Assembly (NCBI GenBank): GCA_963790475.1
Contig: CAWBOS010000010.1
Span: 1,792,001-1,856,000 of the forward strand
DNA from: an uncultured delta proteobacterium
GTDB taxonomy: Bacteria; Desulfobacterota; RBG-13-43-22
DNA: 64,000 nucleotides
Direction of reading: 5' to 3'
Position numbers and translations under genes: made by a program
The notes under the pieces: generated by a model
Databases searched by the model: none
What the model was told of the DNA's origin: nothing
Seen by the model: the letters and a program-made list of their open reading frames with translations, nothing else
Shown here: positions 9,659 through 20,193 of the stretch, one piece after another
Layout of the letters: the number at the start of each line of letters is the position of its first letter
Numbering within the stretch: the stretch's first letter is position 1

Positions 9659-11986
9659 ACACCGAAGAAAAAGGTCTTTACTATCAGGCAGACACTCCCG
9701 TTCCCGATACTCCCCTTCCGGGAATTGCCCCTGCGCCGTGGAAAAAGACGAATGTTGTCGGTAAATCCATACCGAGGGTTGACGCTTACGAACGGGTGAG
9801 CGGCCGGGCTGTTTATCCGTCCGACCTTTCCCTTCCCCGAATGCTTTACGGGGCCATACTCCGCTCCCCCTATCCCAATGCCCGGGTGAAAAAGGTAGAT
9901 ACGACAGAGGCGGAGAAAATGAAAGGGGTCCGGGCGGTGATCAGCGCTGCAACCGACGAAGCGAGGGTTCTACTGGCCTTACACCCGAGAAAAGAAGGTC
10001 AGACTCTTTGACCCCCTGTGCCGGTACGAGGGCGAGACGATCGCTGCCGTAGCTGCGGAAAACCCTTACCAGGCCTGGGATGCCGTGAGGGCCATCAAAG
10101 TGGACTACGAAATTCTCCCCTTTGTCGTCGATGAGCGGAAATCGCTCGACTCCAAGGCTCCGGCGGTCCACCCGGAAGGGAACCTGGTAAAGCCGGTCGA
10201 AATATACGAACGGGGAGATATGAACAAGGGGTTTGCCCAGGCAGACGTGGTCCTGGAGCAGACCTATCGGACCGAGTGCGAGATCCATACGCCTATGGAG
10301 GCCCATGGATGTGTGGCCCGCTGGGAGCGGAACCTCCTGACCATCTGGGAATCGACCCAGGGTGTTTATCCGGTGCAGGCCCGGGTCGCCGAGGTCCTCG
10401 GGTTGCCTCTCTCCAAGGTGCGGGTCATAGGCCATTACATGGGAGGAGGGTTCGGCAGTAAGCTCCAGGCCGATAAATATACGATTATCGCCGCCATCCT
10501 GGCCAAAAAGACAGGCAGGCCGGTAAAGCTCTTCCTGACCAGGGAGGAGACCTACCTTGCCGTGGGCAACAGGCCCCCCGCCAATATGAAGCTGAAGGCC
10601 GGCGTGAAGAAAGACGGCACCCTCACGGCCCTGCATTTTACCTGTACCGGCACGGGGGGCGCGTTTCCCGCAGGCGGATCAGGCCTGACAGACTGGCTCG
10701 TCAAGGAGTTGTACCTGTGTCCGAATGTCCGAACCGAGCTCTCGGACGTATACATTAATGCCGGTCCATCGCGGCCGTTTCGGGCGCCCGGCCATCCTCA
10801 AGGGGCCTGGGCCCTGGAACAGATGCTGGATGCCCTGGCCGAGGCTATCGGGATGGACCCGGTGGAGCTGCGTCTCAAAAACATATCGACCTTCAGCCAG
10901 GCGAGGGCTGGGAATCCGGCCTACACGACAACGGGCTTCAAAGAATGTCTCGAAGAAGGGGCCAAAGCTTTCGGCTGGGAAAAGGCGCGAAAAGAAATCG
11001 CAAGACACCCCAAGAACGCGGGGATGCGCCGGGGAGTTGGTATGGCCGGCGGCACCTGGGTTGTGGGCGGAGGCGGTCCTCCCTCAACTATCATTGTGAG
11101 GCTCTTCTCCGACGGCAGCGTCAACCTGAATATGGGGGCGAGCGACATCGGGACCGGTACCAAGACCGTCATGGCCCTTGTTGTTGCGGAAGAGCTGGGG
11201 ATTAGACCTGAAGTCATCCAGATCGAGCATGCCGATACCGGGACCACTCAGTACGCCACAGGGAGCGGAGGCAGCAAGACCGTCCCTACCGAGTCGCCCG
11301 CTGTGCGTTCAGCGGCCATAGAGGTGAAACGGCAGATACTAAAGCTGGCAGCGGAGGAACTGAAGACCGATCAGTCGGCCCTTTCGATGATACAGGGGAT
11401 GGTCGTTGATGGGAAAGACCCCTCAAAAAAGATCAAGATAACCGATATATCAGGGCTTAAGACCCAGGGAGTGATTATCGGCGTCGGTTACCGGGGTCCC
11501 AACCCCCAGAATAAAACAGTCAACCCCTTTTGCGCCCAGTTCTGCGAGGTGGAATGCAATATGAAGACGGGCGAAGTCCGAATTATCCGCTTCCTCAGCG
11601 CCAATGACAGCGGACGGGTCATGGACCGACTCACTTACAACAATCAGGTGGTCGGGGGCATCACCATGGGAGTCGGCCTGGCCATGACCGAGATGAGGGT
11701 CCTCGACGGCGAACAGACCGGTAAGATGGTCAATAGAAACTGGCATGATTACAAGCTGCCTACAGCCCTCGATGTGCCTGGCCGAATCGTCTCCGTCCCC
11801 ATAGACAGGCCCGATAACGAGGCCAACCTGACGGGCAGCAAAGGTTTAGGGGAGCCGGTGACGATCCCCACGGCAGCAGCCATTGCTAACGCCGTGTATC
11901 ATGCTACAGGTCGGAGGATGACGGTAAGCCCCATCAATCCCGTCACGCTCTGCAATGAACTGGCCAAAGGCCGGAAGGAGGGCTGA
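9655..11986 (+). CDS. XDH-family molybdopterin-binding subunit (one +1 frameshift near 9965)
   Basis: RVDAYERVSGRAVY, MGGGFGSK, FRAPGHPQG, DIGTG, GSGGSK, SKGLGEP; removing one G from gcgagggttc joins the two ORFs. Confidence 0.9.
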
Positions 11987-11990
11987 GATC

Positions 11991-12962
11991 ATGATGCCCG
12001 CATTCCAGTATATAAGCGTAAAATCTGTTGATGAAGGGGTCAAACACCTTTCGACAGCGGGTTCGAAAATATTTGCCGGAGGGACAGACCTCCTCGGATG
12101 CATCCGGGAAGGGATCTTTCCCGTGGAAAAAGTGGTGAGCATCAACGGCATCAGGGACCTGAAAGGCATCCGCGACAAAGGCGGGGACTTAAGGATCGGG
12201 GCATTGACCACGATTACGGAAGTGGCGGAAAACCCGTTGATCAAGACACTTTTCCCCGGCCTGGCCCGGGCTGCGGGAGAAGTGGCCAGCCCCCAACTGC
12301 GCAATCAGGGTACTATCGGCGGAAACCTCTGCCAGAAGCCCCGCTGCTGGTACTACCGGGGTGAATTCCATTGCACGAGAAAAGGCGGTGACACCTGTTT
12401 TGCCTATTCGGGGGAGAACCAGTACCATTGCATCTTCGGTGGTGAGGGCTGCTACATCGTCCACCCTTCTGATACGGCCCCGGCCCTGGCAGCCTTTGAG
12501 GCCCAGGTAGTCGTGACCGGTCCGAAACGAGCAAGGATTATCAAGATCGAAGAATTTTTTATGCCTCCGGTTGTTGACCCGAAAACGGAGACCGTTATCG
12601 GGCCGGAAGAGATAGTCACCGAGATTCTGATACCTGCGCCTCAACCCGGTTTGAAAAGCTCGTACAGGAAAGTCCGTGCCCGCCGCTCATGGGATTTTGC
12701 CTTGGCAGGCGTAGCACTGGCCCTGAACTTCGATGGCCCCAGGGTGGCCAAGGCACGGGTATTCCTGAGCGGAGTCGCTCCGATTCCCTGGCGGGCGAAA
12801 GAAGTAGAAGAAGAGATAAAGGGAAAGGAATTAACAGCGGGAACGATCGCCAGGGCCGGAATGGCAGCCGTCAAGAAGGCCGAACCCCTGTCCAAGAACG
12901 GGTACAAAGTTCCCCTACTGCGGGCAGTGATAGAAGAGGAATTGGAGGCAATCAAGAAGTGA
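11991..12962 (+). CDS. XDH-family FAD-binding subunit with Cys-rich insert (PaoB/YagS-like)
   Basis: AGGTDL, QLRNQGTIGGNLCQKPRCWYYR...C...C, HPSD. Confidence 0.93.
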   Translation: MMPAFQYISVKSVDEGVKHLSTAGSKIFAGGTDLLGCIREGIFPVEKVVSINGIRDLKGIRDKGGDLRIGALTTITEVAENPLIKTLFPGLARAAGEVASPQLRNQGTIGGNLCQKPRCWYYRGEFHCTRKGGDTCFAYSGENQYHCIFGGEGCYIVHPSDTAPALAAFEAQVVVTGPKRARIIKIEEFFMPPVVDPKTETVIGPEEIVTEILIPAPQPGLKSSYRKVRARRSWDFALAGVALALNFDGPRVAKARVFLSGVAPIPWRAKEVEEEIKGKELTAGTIARAGMAAVKKAEPLSKNGYKVPLLRAVIEEELEAIKK

Positions 12963-13043
12963 AGGCATGGCTCTCTCTGGCCAGGCGAATCTCCGGGAGG
13001 GGGTACAGGATCAGCTCTTGATAGTACATCAATTTCCGGTCTA

Positions 13044-13415
13044 TTAATCCTTTTCCAGGATCTTCAGCCTCCTTACGATCAGGTCGTCGACCGTCAACGA
13101 ACCGATCCTCATTCTTTTTACCATAAATTTCCCTATCACTAATCGTCCCACCGCCAGAGCGCCGATGGCCAGCGCCCCCATGGACAGCACACCTAAAGCT
13201 ATGGCCCCAATTGCCACCCCACCTATGGATGAGGCACCCATGGTCGAGCTGGCAGTGTGAATATTTAGGTAACGATGCCGTCTATTTTTCTGAACTACTC
13301 TTTCGCTTTGAGATTCAGCATTTTTTCCATTGGACATGGGTTTATCTCCGAGACCTGTTTTTCGGTCAAAAAAAGGGGTTACGATTTTGGAGCTCCCTGC
13401 ACCTTCGTCCGTCAA
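13044..13415 (-). CDS. Hypothetical protein with GAxAx 5-residue repeats
   Basis: GASSI-GGVAI-GAIAL-GVLSM-GALAI-GALAV-GRLVI; overlaps the upstream stop. Confidence 0.6.
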   Translation of the reverse strand: MTDEGAGSSKIVTPFFDRKTGLGDKPMSNGKNAESQSERVVQKNRRHRYLNIHTASSTMGASSIGGVAIGAIALGVLSMGALAIGALAVGRLVIGKFMVKRMRIGSLTVDDLIVRRLKILEKD

Positions 13416-14587
13416 AGATCCAGGAAGCCATCAGCGGCCAGACTGGTGGCCAGCATCACCCGGTTGATCTCCAGGTGCCCCCTCCAGCTTTTAGCCGACT
13501 GGTTAGCCGGTTCCAGCCAAAACTGTTCTATGGTTTCGATCAATGGTTCAAAGCCCATCAGGGCCGTCAGTGATGTCCTAAGCGTATCGGCCTTCGGCAC
13601 CAGATCTGTGTTTTCCTCGATCATGGACCGGACCTTATTTACAGCGTGTAAACCAATGGACAATCCCAATTCTCGGAAGGCCAGGCGGTATTCAGCTGGG
13701 AGCTTCCAGGGATCCGTTCGAAGGAACTTCTCCAAACCCAGTCGGGCAGAATCCAATAAGATCTTCAGCAGCTCGGTTAGTCCGAGATAATCCTCGGCCA
13801 TCAATTGTGTCAACCGAAGGGCATCACTCAACAGGCCACCGATACCCAGGGGGTCATCGGTGACCCAACTCTGACCTTCACACATTTCAGCCAGGTCGTC
13901 GATCTCGTTCTTCAGGTCCGCCCCGGTAGATTTTTTGAAAAATCGTTCGGTCGTGGCCTGAAGCTGGCAAAAAGTGATATAGCCGTCGAGGGGATCGTGT
14001 TGTCCCATGGAAGGTACGAGGGGATAGGAAAGGTCAATGCTCATCTTCCAGTACATTCGTTTGCGGCGGCCGAAGTTGGGGAAATAGGTAAACCGGTCAT
14101 GGGCTGTTTTAGCCAGCTCCAAGGCCCACTCATTATAAACGCCCTCTTTCATGACCCGGCTCAGATGGTTGAGAGCGTGCATCCACTTGGTCAAATAATG
14201 AAAGTACTGCCCGTCCCGGTCCCATTCCAGACGATCATCCAGGGGCTCATCAGGAAGCCGTTCGTTCATTTCCTTGCCGATCCTTAAGCCACCTATTGTC
14301 GGATGCCTCTGACCCTCCGGCTCGGATAGGCCGCTGATCCAGCCGGTTCGACGGTCATCTTCCCGGTGCCGGCCGAGAAGGCCATGGACCTGGTCGACGA
14401 GACGCAGAGCCAGGTCGCGGTACCCCTCTTCTCCGGTCTGATGATATAGCTCCAAAAAATTGCACAGGGCAAAAGCATCGGTCCATAGATAACGTCGGGG
14501 AGGCTCCCCGGCGGGCGTCAAACCGGTGGCTTCGGCAAATTGGACCATGATTTCGCGGACCTTGTTGTTGGGATACTCCAGTCTCAT
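13412..14587 (-). CDS. Conserved hypothetical protein (possible alpha/alpha-barrel fold)
   Basis: 391-aa ORF with RBS; motifs RRYLWTDAFA, GGLRIGK, DRDGQYFHYLTKW, RLAFRELGL. Confidence 0.75.
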   Translation of the reverse strand: MRLEYPNNKVREIMVQFAEATGLTPAGEPPRRYLWTDAFALCNFLELYHQTGEEGYRDLALRLVDQVHGLLGRHREDDRRTGWISGLSEPEGQRHPTIGGLRIGKEMNERLPDEPLDDRLEWDRDGQYFHYLTKWMHALNHLSRVMKEGVYNEWALELAKTAHDRFTYFPNFGRRKRMYWKMSIDLSYPLVPSMGQHDPLDGYITFCQLQATTERFFKKSTGADLKNEIDDLAEMCEGQSWVTDDPLGIGGLLSDALRLTQLMAEDYLGLTELLKILLDSARLGLEKFLRTDPWKLPAEYRLAFRELGLSIGLHAVNKVRSMIEENTDLVPKADTLRTSLTALMGFEPLIETIEQFWLEPANQSAKSWRGHLEINRVMLATSLAADGFLDL

Positions 14588-15029
14588 CTCTTTTCTCCCC
14601 CTGCGATTCTCTATGATGAGTTCAATTTATCAGATTATGAAACAATTTGCGATCCCCACCAACCCAAACAACAATAAAAACTATTGGTTTACTCCCGGGC
14701 GAATAGGCCCAATCATACTATTTTTCAAAAACATAGAACAATAGAAAATAGAATCCTCCTGAAAAAATATCCGATATTTCATCTAAAAAAGGGAGATAAA
14801 GGCAAGTCGCATAGTGTCAGGTCCTTATAATAGGATTGCAGTTTATATTAAAGAAATGAAATCCGAGGGTCTCGACGATGATAGGCAAAGGTCTGCGACT
14901 GCCGGACCACGGCAAAACGCCGCATCGGATGCGGAAGGGGTCTCTCGGCGGCACCAACAGGCCAAAGAATTGCCGAATTAAGAGAAATCGAAAAAGAAAA
15001 AGAATCGAAAAAAATGGAAATCCTTTTCA

Positions 15030-15479
15030 TCACCTCCGAACAATGAGAACGGGAATTTTCGACTCCTTGTGGATAACCCCGTAAGCGACGCTGCCCAATA
15101 TCGCCGCGGCCAGGGCGCTCCGACCATGGGAACCCATGATAATGAGATCGGCTTTGGACCGCTCGGCCGCTTTCAAAATTTCCTCGACCGGGTGCCCTTC
15201 CACGACGACCGTGTCAGACTTAACCCTATTTTCTCGGCAGATCTTCACAATGATCCCGGCAAAACCTTCGGCCGCCTCTTTAAGATAATCCTCAACCGGC
15301 TCGAGGATATGTCTGGCCGTCTTTCGGGCCGGAACGGTCTGACCGATCATGCCCCCCTTATCGATGACGCTCAAAACGATCACTGAGGCCTTGACCTTCT
15401 TAGCCAGGTCTATTGCATAGTTAGCCGCCTTTTGGGCTGTTTTGGAGCCATCGGTCGGCACCAGAATTTTAGAAATCAT
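15030..15479 (-). CDS. Universal stress protein
   Basis: KILVPTDGS, DLIIMGSHGRS, LGSV, PVLIV. Confidence 0.93.
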   Translation of the reverse strand: MISKILVPTDGSKTAQKAANYAIDLAKKVKASVIVLSVIDKGGMIGQTVPARKTARHILEPVEDYLKEAAEGFAGIIVKICRENRVKSDTVVVEGHPVEEILKAAERSKADLIIMGSHGRSALAAAILGSVAYGVIHKESKIPVLIVRR

Positions 15480-15605
15480 CTCTTCTCCTTTTAGAAACGT
15501 TGAGGCTAATGACGCCCGTTGAAGGCCTCAGACTGATTAAAGTCCGAGGCCCTCGATATCGTAAAAAAAGGGGGCAAGGATTAGATTACTTGTCTGAAAA
15601 CCGGT

Positions 15606-16184
15606 TTACTTAAGCCGGGTCTCGGACACCCTCCAGTCGATATTCTTGAAAAAGGCCTCGATGTAGTCGGCCCTTTTCAAACCATAATCCAGCATAAAGG
15701 CATGTTCAAAGACGTCCATAATAAGGATCGGTCTGCAACCGGAGGGGTGTCCAACATCGTGTTCATTGATCCAAAAATTGATGAGCCGGCCGTTGGCGGC
15801 ATCCTGATAAAGCACGGTCCAGCCGATTCCACGCATGGCCCCCGTGGCCTTAAAATCCTTTTCCCAGAGCTCATAACTACCGAAGGATTCGGCCAGTTTC
15901 TTCTCCAGCTTGCCGTTGATCTCTATGGGAGCATTTCCGCCCAGGTTTTCAAAATAGAGCTCATGAAGGCGCACGCCGTTGAACTCCCAACCCAGGCGCC
16001 TCTTTAGCTCCCCATACTCAGGGGTACCAGTCTTCCCCTCTTTGAGCATCTGTCCCAGGATTTCCAGCACCTTGTTGGTATTGGTCACATACCCCTGGTA
16101 GAGAGTGAAATGATTTTTTAAAAGATTCTCACTGAATCCGGTCATGCCGATTAACCCGGCGTAGTCCTTAGCCGTGTAAGCCAT
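15606..16184 (-). CDS. Fe/Mn superoxide dismutase family protein
   Basis: HFTLYQGYV, LHELYFENL, DVFEHAFMLDY. Confidence 0.92.
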   Translation of the reverse strand: MAYTAKDYAGLIGMTGFSENLLKNHFTLYQGYVTNTNKVLEILGQMLKEGKTGTPEYGELKRRLGWEFNGVRLHELYFENLGGNAPIEINGKLEKKLAESFGSYELWEKDFKATGAMRGIGWTVLYQDAANGRLINFWINEHDVGHPSGCRPILIMDVFEHAFMLDYGLKRADYIEAFFKNIDWRVSETRLK

Positions 16185-16253
16185 GATTATTCCCCTTTCC
16201 TGATTATTCTTTTTTGATTGGGATTGTTTTGGTTTTATGGTTTTACTGTCCAT

Positions 16254-16835
16254 CTATTCCGGCCTCATACCTGTCGGGCCCATCATCGGGTGGGATTTAA
16301 TCATCTCGACCAACCGTTTGCGCTGCTCCGCGGTCAGTTTGGATTTGATCTCTTCCAGAGCCCTGATGTGGGCCAGGTGCATGTCGGTTCGGACCATCCC
16401 GATTTGTTTCACCTTGGCTTCAACCGCCTTCATATCCACGGGATCTCGGGCAAGAAGATCCTGGAGTTCGATCCGGGCAATCTGGATATCGGCCATTTTT
16501 CTTATTGTTTCCTTGATAATGGTGCTCTTGATTTCCCGGATTGACTTTTTTTGTTGTTCGTCGAGATTAAGGACCGTGAAAAAAGCGGACAGGTGATGTT
16601 CGACCTCCGCCATCCGATCATGCCTGCCACATTGGCACATCATGCCCTCTTCCATGCCCTGCCCGCTCAGACCGTGGCCCATCATCATCCCCGAGCCCGT
16701 ACCGTGACCCCCCATACCGGAGGAACTCGGCATCCCGGCTGGGGGAACTATGCCGCTTATTTCTCCAAAAGCCAGGGCGGACAAAGTCATGATCGACACC
16801 AATAGTATTAATCCTGTAAATGTTATTTTTTTCAC
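16254..16835 (-). CDS. Spy/CpxP family periplasmic chaperone / metal-responsive protein
   Basis: Signal peptide, Met/Gly/His-rich linker, LNLDEQQ and LTAEQ motifs; GTG start after an AGGAG RBS. Confidence 0.85.
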   Translation of the reverse strand: MKKITFTGLILLVSIMTLSALAFGEISGIVPPAGMPSSSGMGGHGTGSGMMMGHGLSGQGMEEGMMCQCGRHDRMAEVEHHLSAFFTVLNLDEQQKKSIREIKSTIIKETIRKMADIQIARIELQDLLARDPVDMKAVEAKVKQIGMVRTDMHLAHIRALEEIKSKLTAEQRKRLVEMIKSHPMMGPTGMRPE

Positions 16836-17176
16836 CGCGATACTCCTTTTTTTCTCTGAGTTATTTGAAATAGGAAAGATCCAGGGAACAGCCCTTTCAC
16901 ACTTTTCCGAAAGAATTATAAAAAGTTTTTTCACCTCCTTTGAATTCTTAACTGGGAAAAAAATGACGAAAACATCATCCAATTCGGACTTTATAAAATT
17001 CTTAATATTATTTAATTAAAAAAAGGGGGAAATAGAAATAAGGCAAATTCTGTATTTTTTCATCAGAAATCCTGTAATTTAACAATTTCTGGGTCCATTT
17101 TCTTAACCTTAAGGGATGTCATCAATTCTCTCTATCAAAAGGGACCCTTCTCCCCTTGCCTCCTTCGCTCTTTTCG

Positions 17177-17211
17177 TCCTTGACCGTGTCTTTTTCTTTC
17201 CTTATACTCTT
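17177..17211 (+). promoter_or_regulatory. Sigma70 promoter, copy 1 of a ~35-bp direct repeat
   Basis: TTGACC (17180)-17bp-TATACT (17203). Confidence 0.7.
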
Positions 17212-17338
17212 TCCACCTGTCAAAACCTCATTTTTTTTGATTGCTGGAAAAGGACCGGGCTGCCTAAAAGCATGAAATCTGATGCTGGGCGATCCTTGGC
17301 CTCTAATAAATCATCCAGACATCAGAGAGGAGGACCCC

Positions 17339-17947
17339 ATGAAAAACTTTATTCTCTGCATGATGGGACTGACGATAACGCTCGCTATCGCCGGCACTGT
17401 CATGGCGGCAACGAATCTTGAGAAAGCGACCTTTGCCGGCGGCTGTTTCTGGTGTATGGAACACCCTTTCGACGTGATCCCCGGCGTGGTTTCGGTCACC
17501 TCCGGCTATACCGGCGGCCAGAAAAAAAATCCCACCTACGAAGAAGTTTCCGCAGGCGAGACCGGACATGCTGAGTCAGTTCAGGTAGTCTATGACCCGG
17601 CCAAGGTGACTTACGAAAAGCTTCTGAACGTTTTTTGGCACAACATCGACCCGACCTCAAAGGACAGACAGTTTTGCGATTCGGGCCACCAGTATCGAAG
17701 CGCCATCTTCTATTATAATGAGGAACAGCACCGCTTGGCGCTGCAGTCCAAAACGATACTGGAAAAAAACAAGACCTTCAAAGAACCGGTCTTGACTGAG
17801 ATCGTGCCGGCCACCGAATTCTACCCGGCCGAGGAATATCACCAGCACTATTACAAAAAGAACCCGATCCGTTACAAATTCTACCGTACCACCTGCGGTC
17901 GTGACAAGCGACTCAAGGAACTGTGGGGCAGTGAGGCTGGGCATTGA
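17339..17947 (+). CDS. msrA: Peptide-methionine (S)-S-oxide reductase, exported
   Basis: AGGCFWC, GYTGG, GHAE, AEEYHQHYY; N-terminal signal peptide. Confidence 0.96.
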   Translation: MKNFILCMMGLTITLAIAGTVMAATNLEKATFAGGCFWCMEHPFDVIPGVVSVTSGYTGGQKKNPTYEEVSAGETGHAESVQVVYDPAKVTYEKLLNVFWHNIDPTSKDRQFCDSGHQYRSAIFYYNEEQHRLALQSKTILEKNKTFKEPVLTEIVPATEFYPAEEYHQHYYKKNPIRYKFYRTTCGRDKRLKELWGSEAGH

Positions 17948-17983
17948 CTACCCTTACCCCTTTGCTCACACGCCCTATTTTTC

Positions 17984-18018
17984 TCCTTGACCCTGTCTTT
18001 CTCTTTCCTTATACTCTT
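17984..18018 (+). promoter_or_regulatory. Sigma70 promoter, copy 2 of the direct repeat
   Basis: TTGACC (17987)-17bp-TATACT (18010); two mismatches to copy 1. Confidence 0.7.
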
Positions 18019-18150
18019 ACTTAGAGTTTTGGCGAGAGAAAATATTCAATATATCATCGAAGTCTTATTTAGAGGCTTTGGTAGGGCTATAGCTTGGGCC
18101 ATTTAGCTTCGGGCCGGTCTGAGTGATATTCCCTCCACTTAGGGGATGCT

Positions 18151-18819
18151 ATGAGGATGAGAGAACTACAAAAAGGGCTTCTTGTTTTAATGTTGGTTAC
18201 GGGTATGGTGCTCATGGCCGGGGAAGGGGTTTCCTTTGGAGGGGTAAGGACGGCGGTTGTCTCTTTTGAAGTGGAAAAGGGCCAGGGGAATGAGATCATT
18301 CGCTGCCGGTACTGCGGAAATATCATCGGCAGCGGACCTGTTGAAGGGGATCCGTCCGCACTTCTGACCCGTTTGTTGTGGAACCTTCTTTCGGAAAAGG
18401 GTAAAGGATTTGATTTTGTCAATCCGGATCAGGTGGAGGGGTTTTATAATATCCTTCTGGCCAAGAAGATCGAGAAAGACCCTTTGCGGTTGATGAAAAC
18501 CCTGGGCGTTCAAATGAAGGCGGAATATGTGCTCTGGGGCGACGTGTTCCGCTATCAGGAAAGAATAGGGACGGGCTATAGTGTTAAGAAACCGGCTTCG
18601 GTAGCTTTTGATCTCCATTTGATGAGGGTAAAAGATGGCAAATTGATCTGGAAGGCCCAGTGGGACCAGACCCAGAAACCCCTTAGTGATAACATCCTGG
18701 AATTCAATACCTTTATCAAACGTAAAATGCGCTGGGTTACTGCTGAACAACTTTCCCTTCAAGGTTTAGAGGAAATGTTAAAGGATTTCCCGTCTGTCGA
18801 ATCCTTGCCTAACCTATAA
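18151..18819 (+). CDS. Exported hypothetical protein (CsgG/TolB_N-like, CxxC)
   Basis: Signal peptide; RCRYCG; RYQERIG...PASVAFDLHL...LIW. Confidence 0.7.
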   Translation: MRMRELQKGLLVLMLVTGMVLMAGEGVSFGGVRTAVVSFEVEKGQGNEIIRCRYCGNIIGSGPVEGDPSALLTRLLWNLLSEKGKGFDFVNPDQVEGFYNILLAKKIEKDPLRLMKTLGVQMKAEYVLWGDVFRYQERIGTGYSVKKPASVAFDLHLMRVKDGKLIWKAQWDQTQKPLSDNILEFNTFIKRKMRWVTAEQLSLQGLEEMLKDFPSVESLPNL

Positions 18820-18860
18820 TCATTATCAAGGCAGTCGACCTTAAAGGCGGTCAGTGTGTC
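18816..18860 (+). pseudogene. 5' remnant of a hisA-like gene
   Basis: Reads (I)IIIKAVDLKGGQCV, matching the HisA N-terminal consensus MIIIPAVDLKGGxCV; ATA at the start position. Confidence 0.65.
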
Positions 18861-18896
18861 CTATTCCCTGAAGTCCGGGCCGATACAACTTCGAGG

Positions 18897-19610
18897 TCAA
18901 ATCAGCAAGCCCCCTCCATCCACCTGCAGTATACTGCCGGTCATGTAAGTATTTTTCATCAGATAAATAGCAGCTTCGGCCACTTCCTCTGCCGATCCAA
19001 TGCGTTTCAAGGGCGACCTTTTTGCGAAACCATCGATAATGACCTGACGCTGGTCTCCGTACCTATCGAGTAAAGGGGTATCGATAAGGCCGGCTCTAAT
19101 GACATTGACTCTTATGGGGGCCAGTTCAAGGGCCATACCTCTGGCAAAGGCCTCGACAGCCGCAACGGATGCCGACCCAACGGAAGATCCCTTGATGGGG
19201 CGTACAGCCGCATTGCCTGACATATAGGTGATGGATCCGTCTTTGGCCATACTCGGCGCCGCCGATTGGGTTGCGCAGTAAGTTCCCCAAAACCGGGTAT
19301 CGAACGAAGAACGGATCTCTTCCATGTCGGTTTTTAAGAGGAGACCTGTTTTAGGCTCGGCGGCGGTTATAAAAAGGTGATTCAGCGTCCCCACTTCCTC
19401 AAAAAGCTTTTGAAGCGACATTTTATTCGCCATATCCACTTCATAAATCCGGGCCTGTTGGCCCAGTTGCTGATTGGCTTTTTCAAGTTTCTCCTTCGAG
19501 CGGCTGGCGATTACCACTGAAGCGCCTTCTTCAAGGGCGGCTCTGGCCGTCGCCAGACCAATGCCCGAACTGCCGCCGATAATAACGACCTTATGATTTT
19601 GCAGCTTCAC
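18897..19610 (-). CDS. SDR family oxidoreductase
   Basis: VVIIGGSSGIG, ALELAPIRVNVI, VDGG; GTG start after AGGAG. Confidence 0.9.
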   Translation of the reverse strand: MKLQNHKVVIIGGSSGIGLATARAALEEGASVVIASRSKEKLEKANQQLGQQARIYEVDMANKMSLQKLFEEVGTLNHLFITAAEPKTGLLLKTDMEEIRSSFDTRFWGTYCATQSAAPSMAKDGSITYMSGNAAVRPIKGSSVGSASVAAVEAFARGMALELAPIRVNVIRAGLIDTPLLDRYGDQRQVIIDGFAKRSPLKRIGSAEEVAEAAIYLMKNTYMTGSILQVDGGGLLI

Positions 19611-20193
19611 GATGACTCCTTTTTTGACAGGACCAACAGGATTTACATTTTCTTTGCTCAGGCCCAGGAAGACCCTGAGCAACCTCGACCCGCATCCAGC
19701 GGGAATGGGGCTTATATCCGCAGAAGGTCCCGGTTTGTGCCTTTCTTCCGCAGAGGCGAAAAGATCCCGATAATCCGATAAATCCTGTCTAACTAAAGTA
19801 TTTGAACTTCAAAAAGCAAAACAGATCCGAAAAATAGTAAATATAAACAGGTTGGGGTGGTGTTTGTTACCGGACAGCCATAATATATTCAGAAATAAAT
19901 TTATTCAAGACATTCTTCTCTGGTTCGTCTGTTCCCGCCTGCCCCACCCTTCCTTTACCCATTCTCTATTTATTCCAATCTCTTCGACCTTTAAAATATT
20001 GTAAAGATATTTTTTATCATTTATATTAGGTTATAAAGAATCTGAAGGGGTTTTTAGACTCAAGAGTACTCAAACCATAGTCAAATGATTGGTGCTTACC
20101 TCCCTGGTTTTTTTAATGGCGGGGTTAGGCTGAAATTTTGGAATAACTTAATAATACGTATTCAAATGAAATAGACACCGGGTGTTTTGCAAA

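Noticed and set aside
14848-15033. Small ORF after the USP gene with signal-peptide-like start
   Set aside because: Possibly a remnant, but too degenerate to assign
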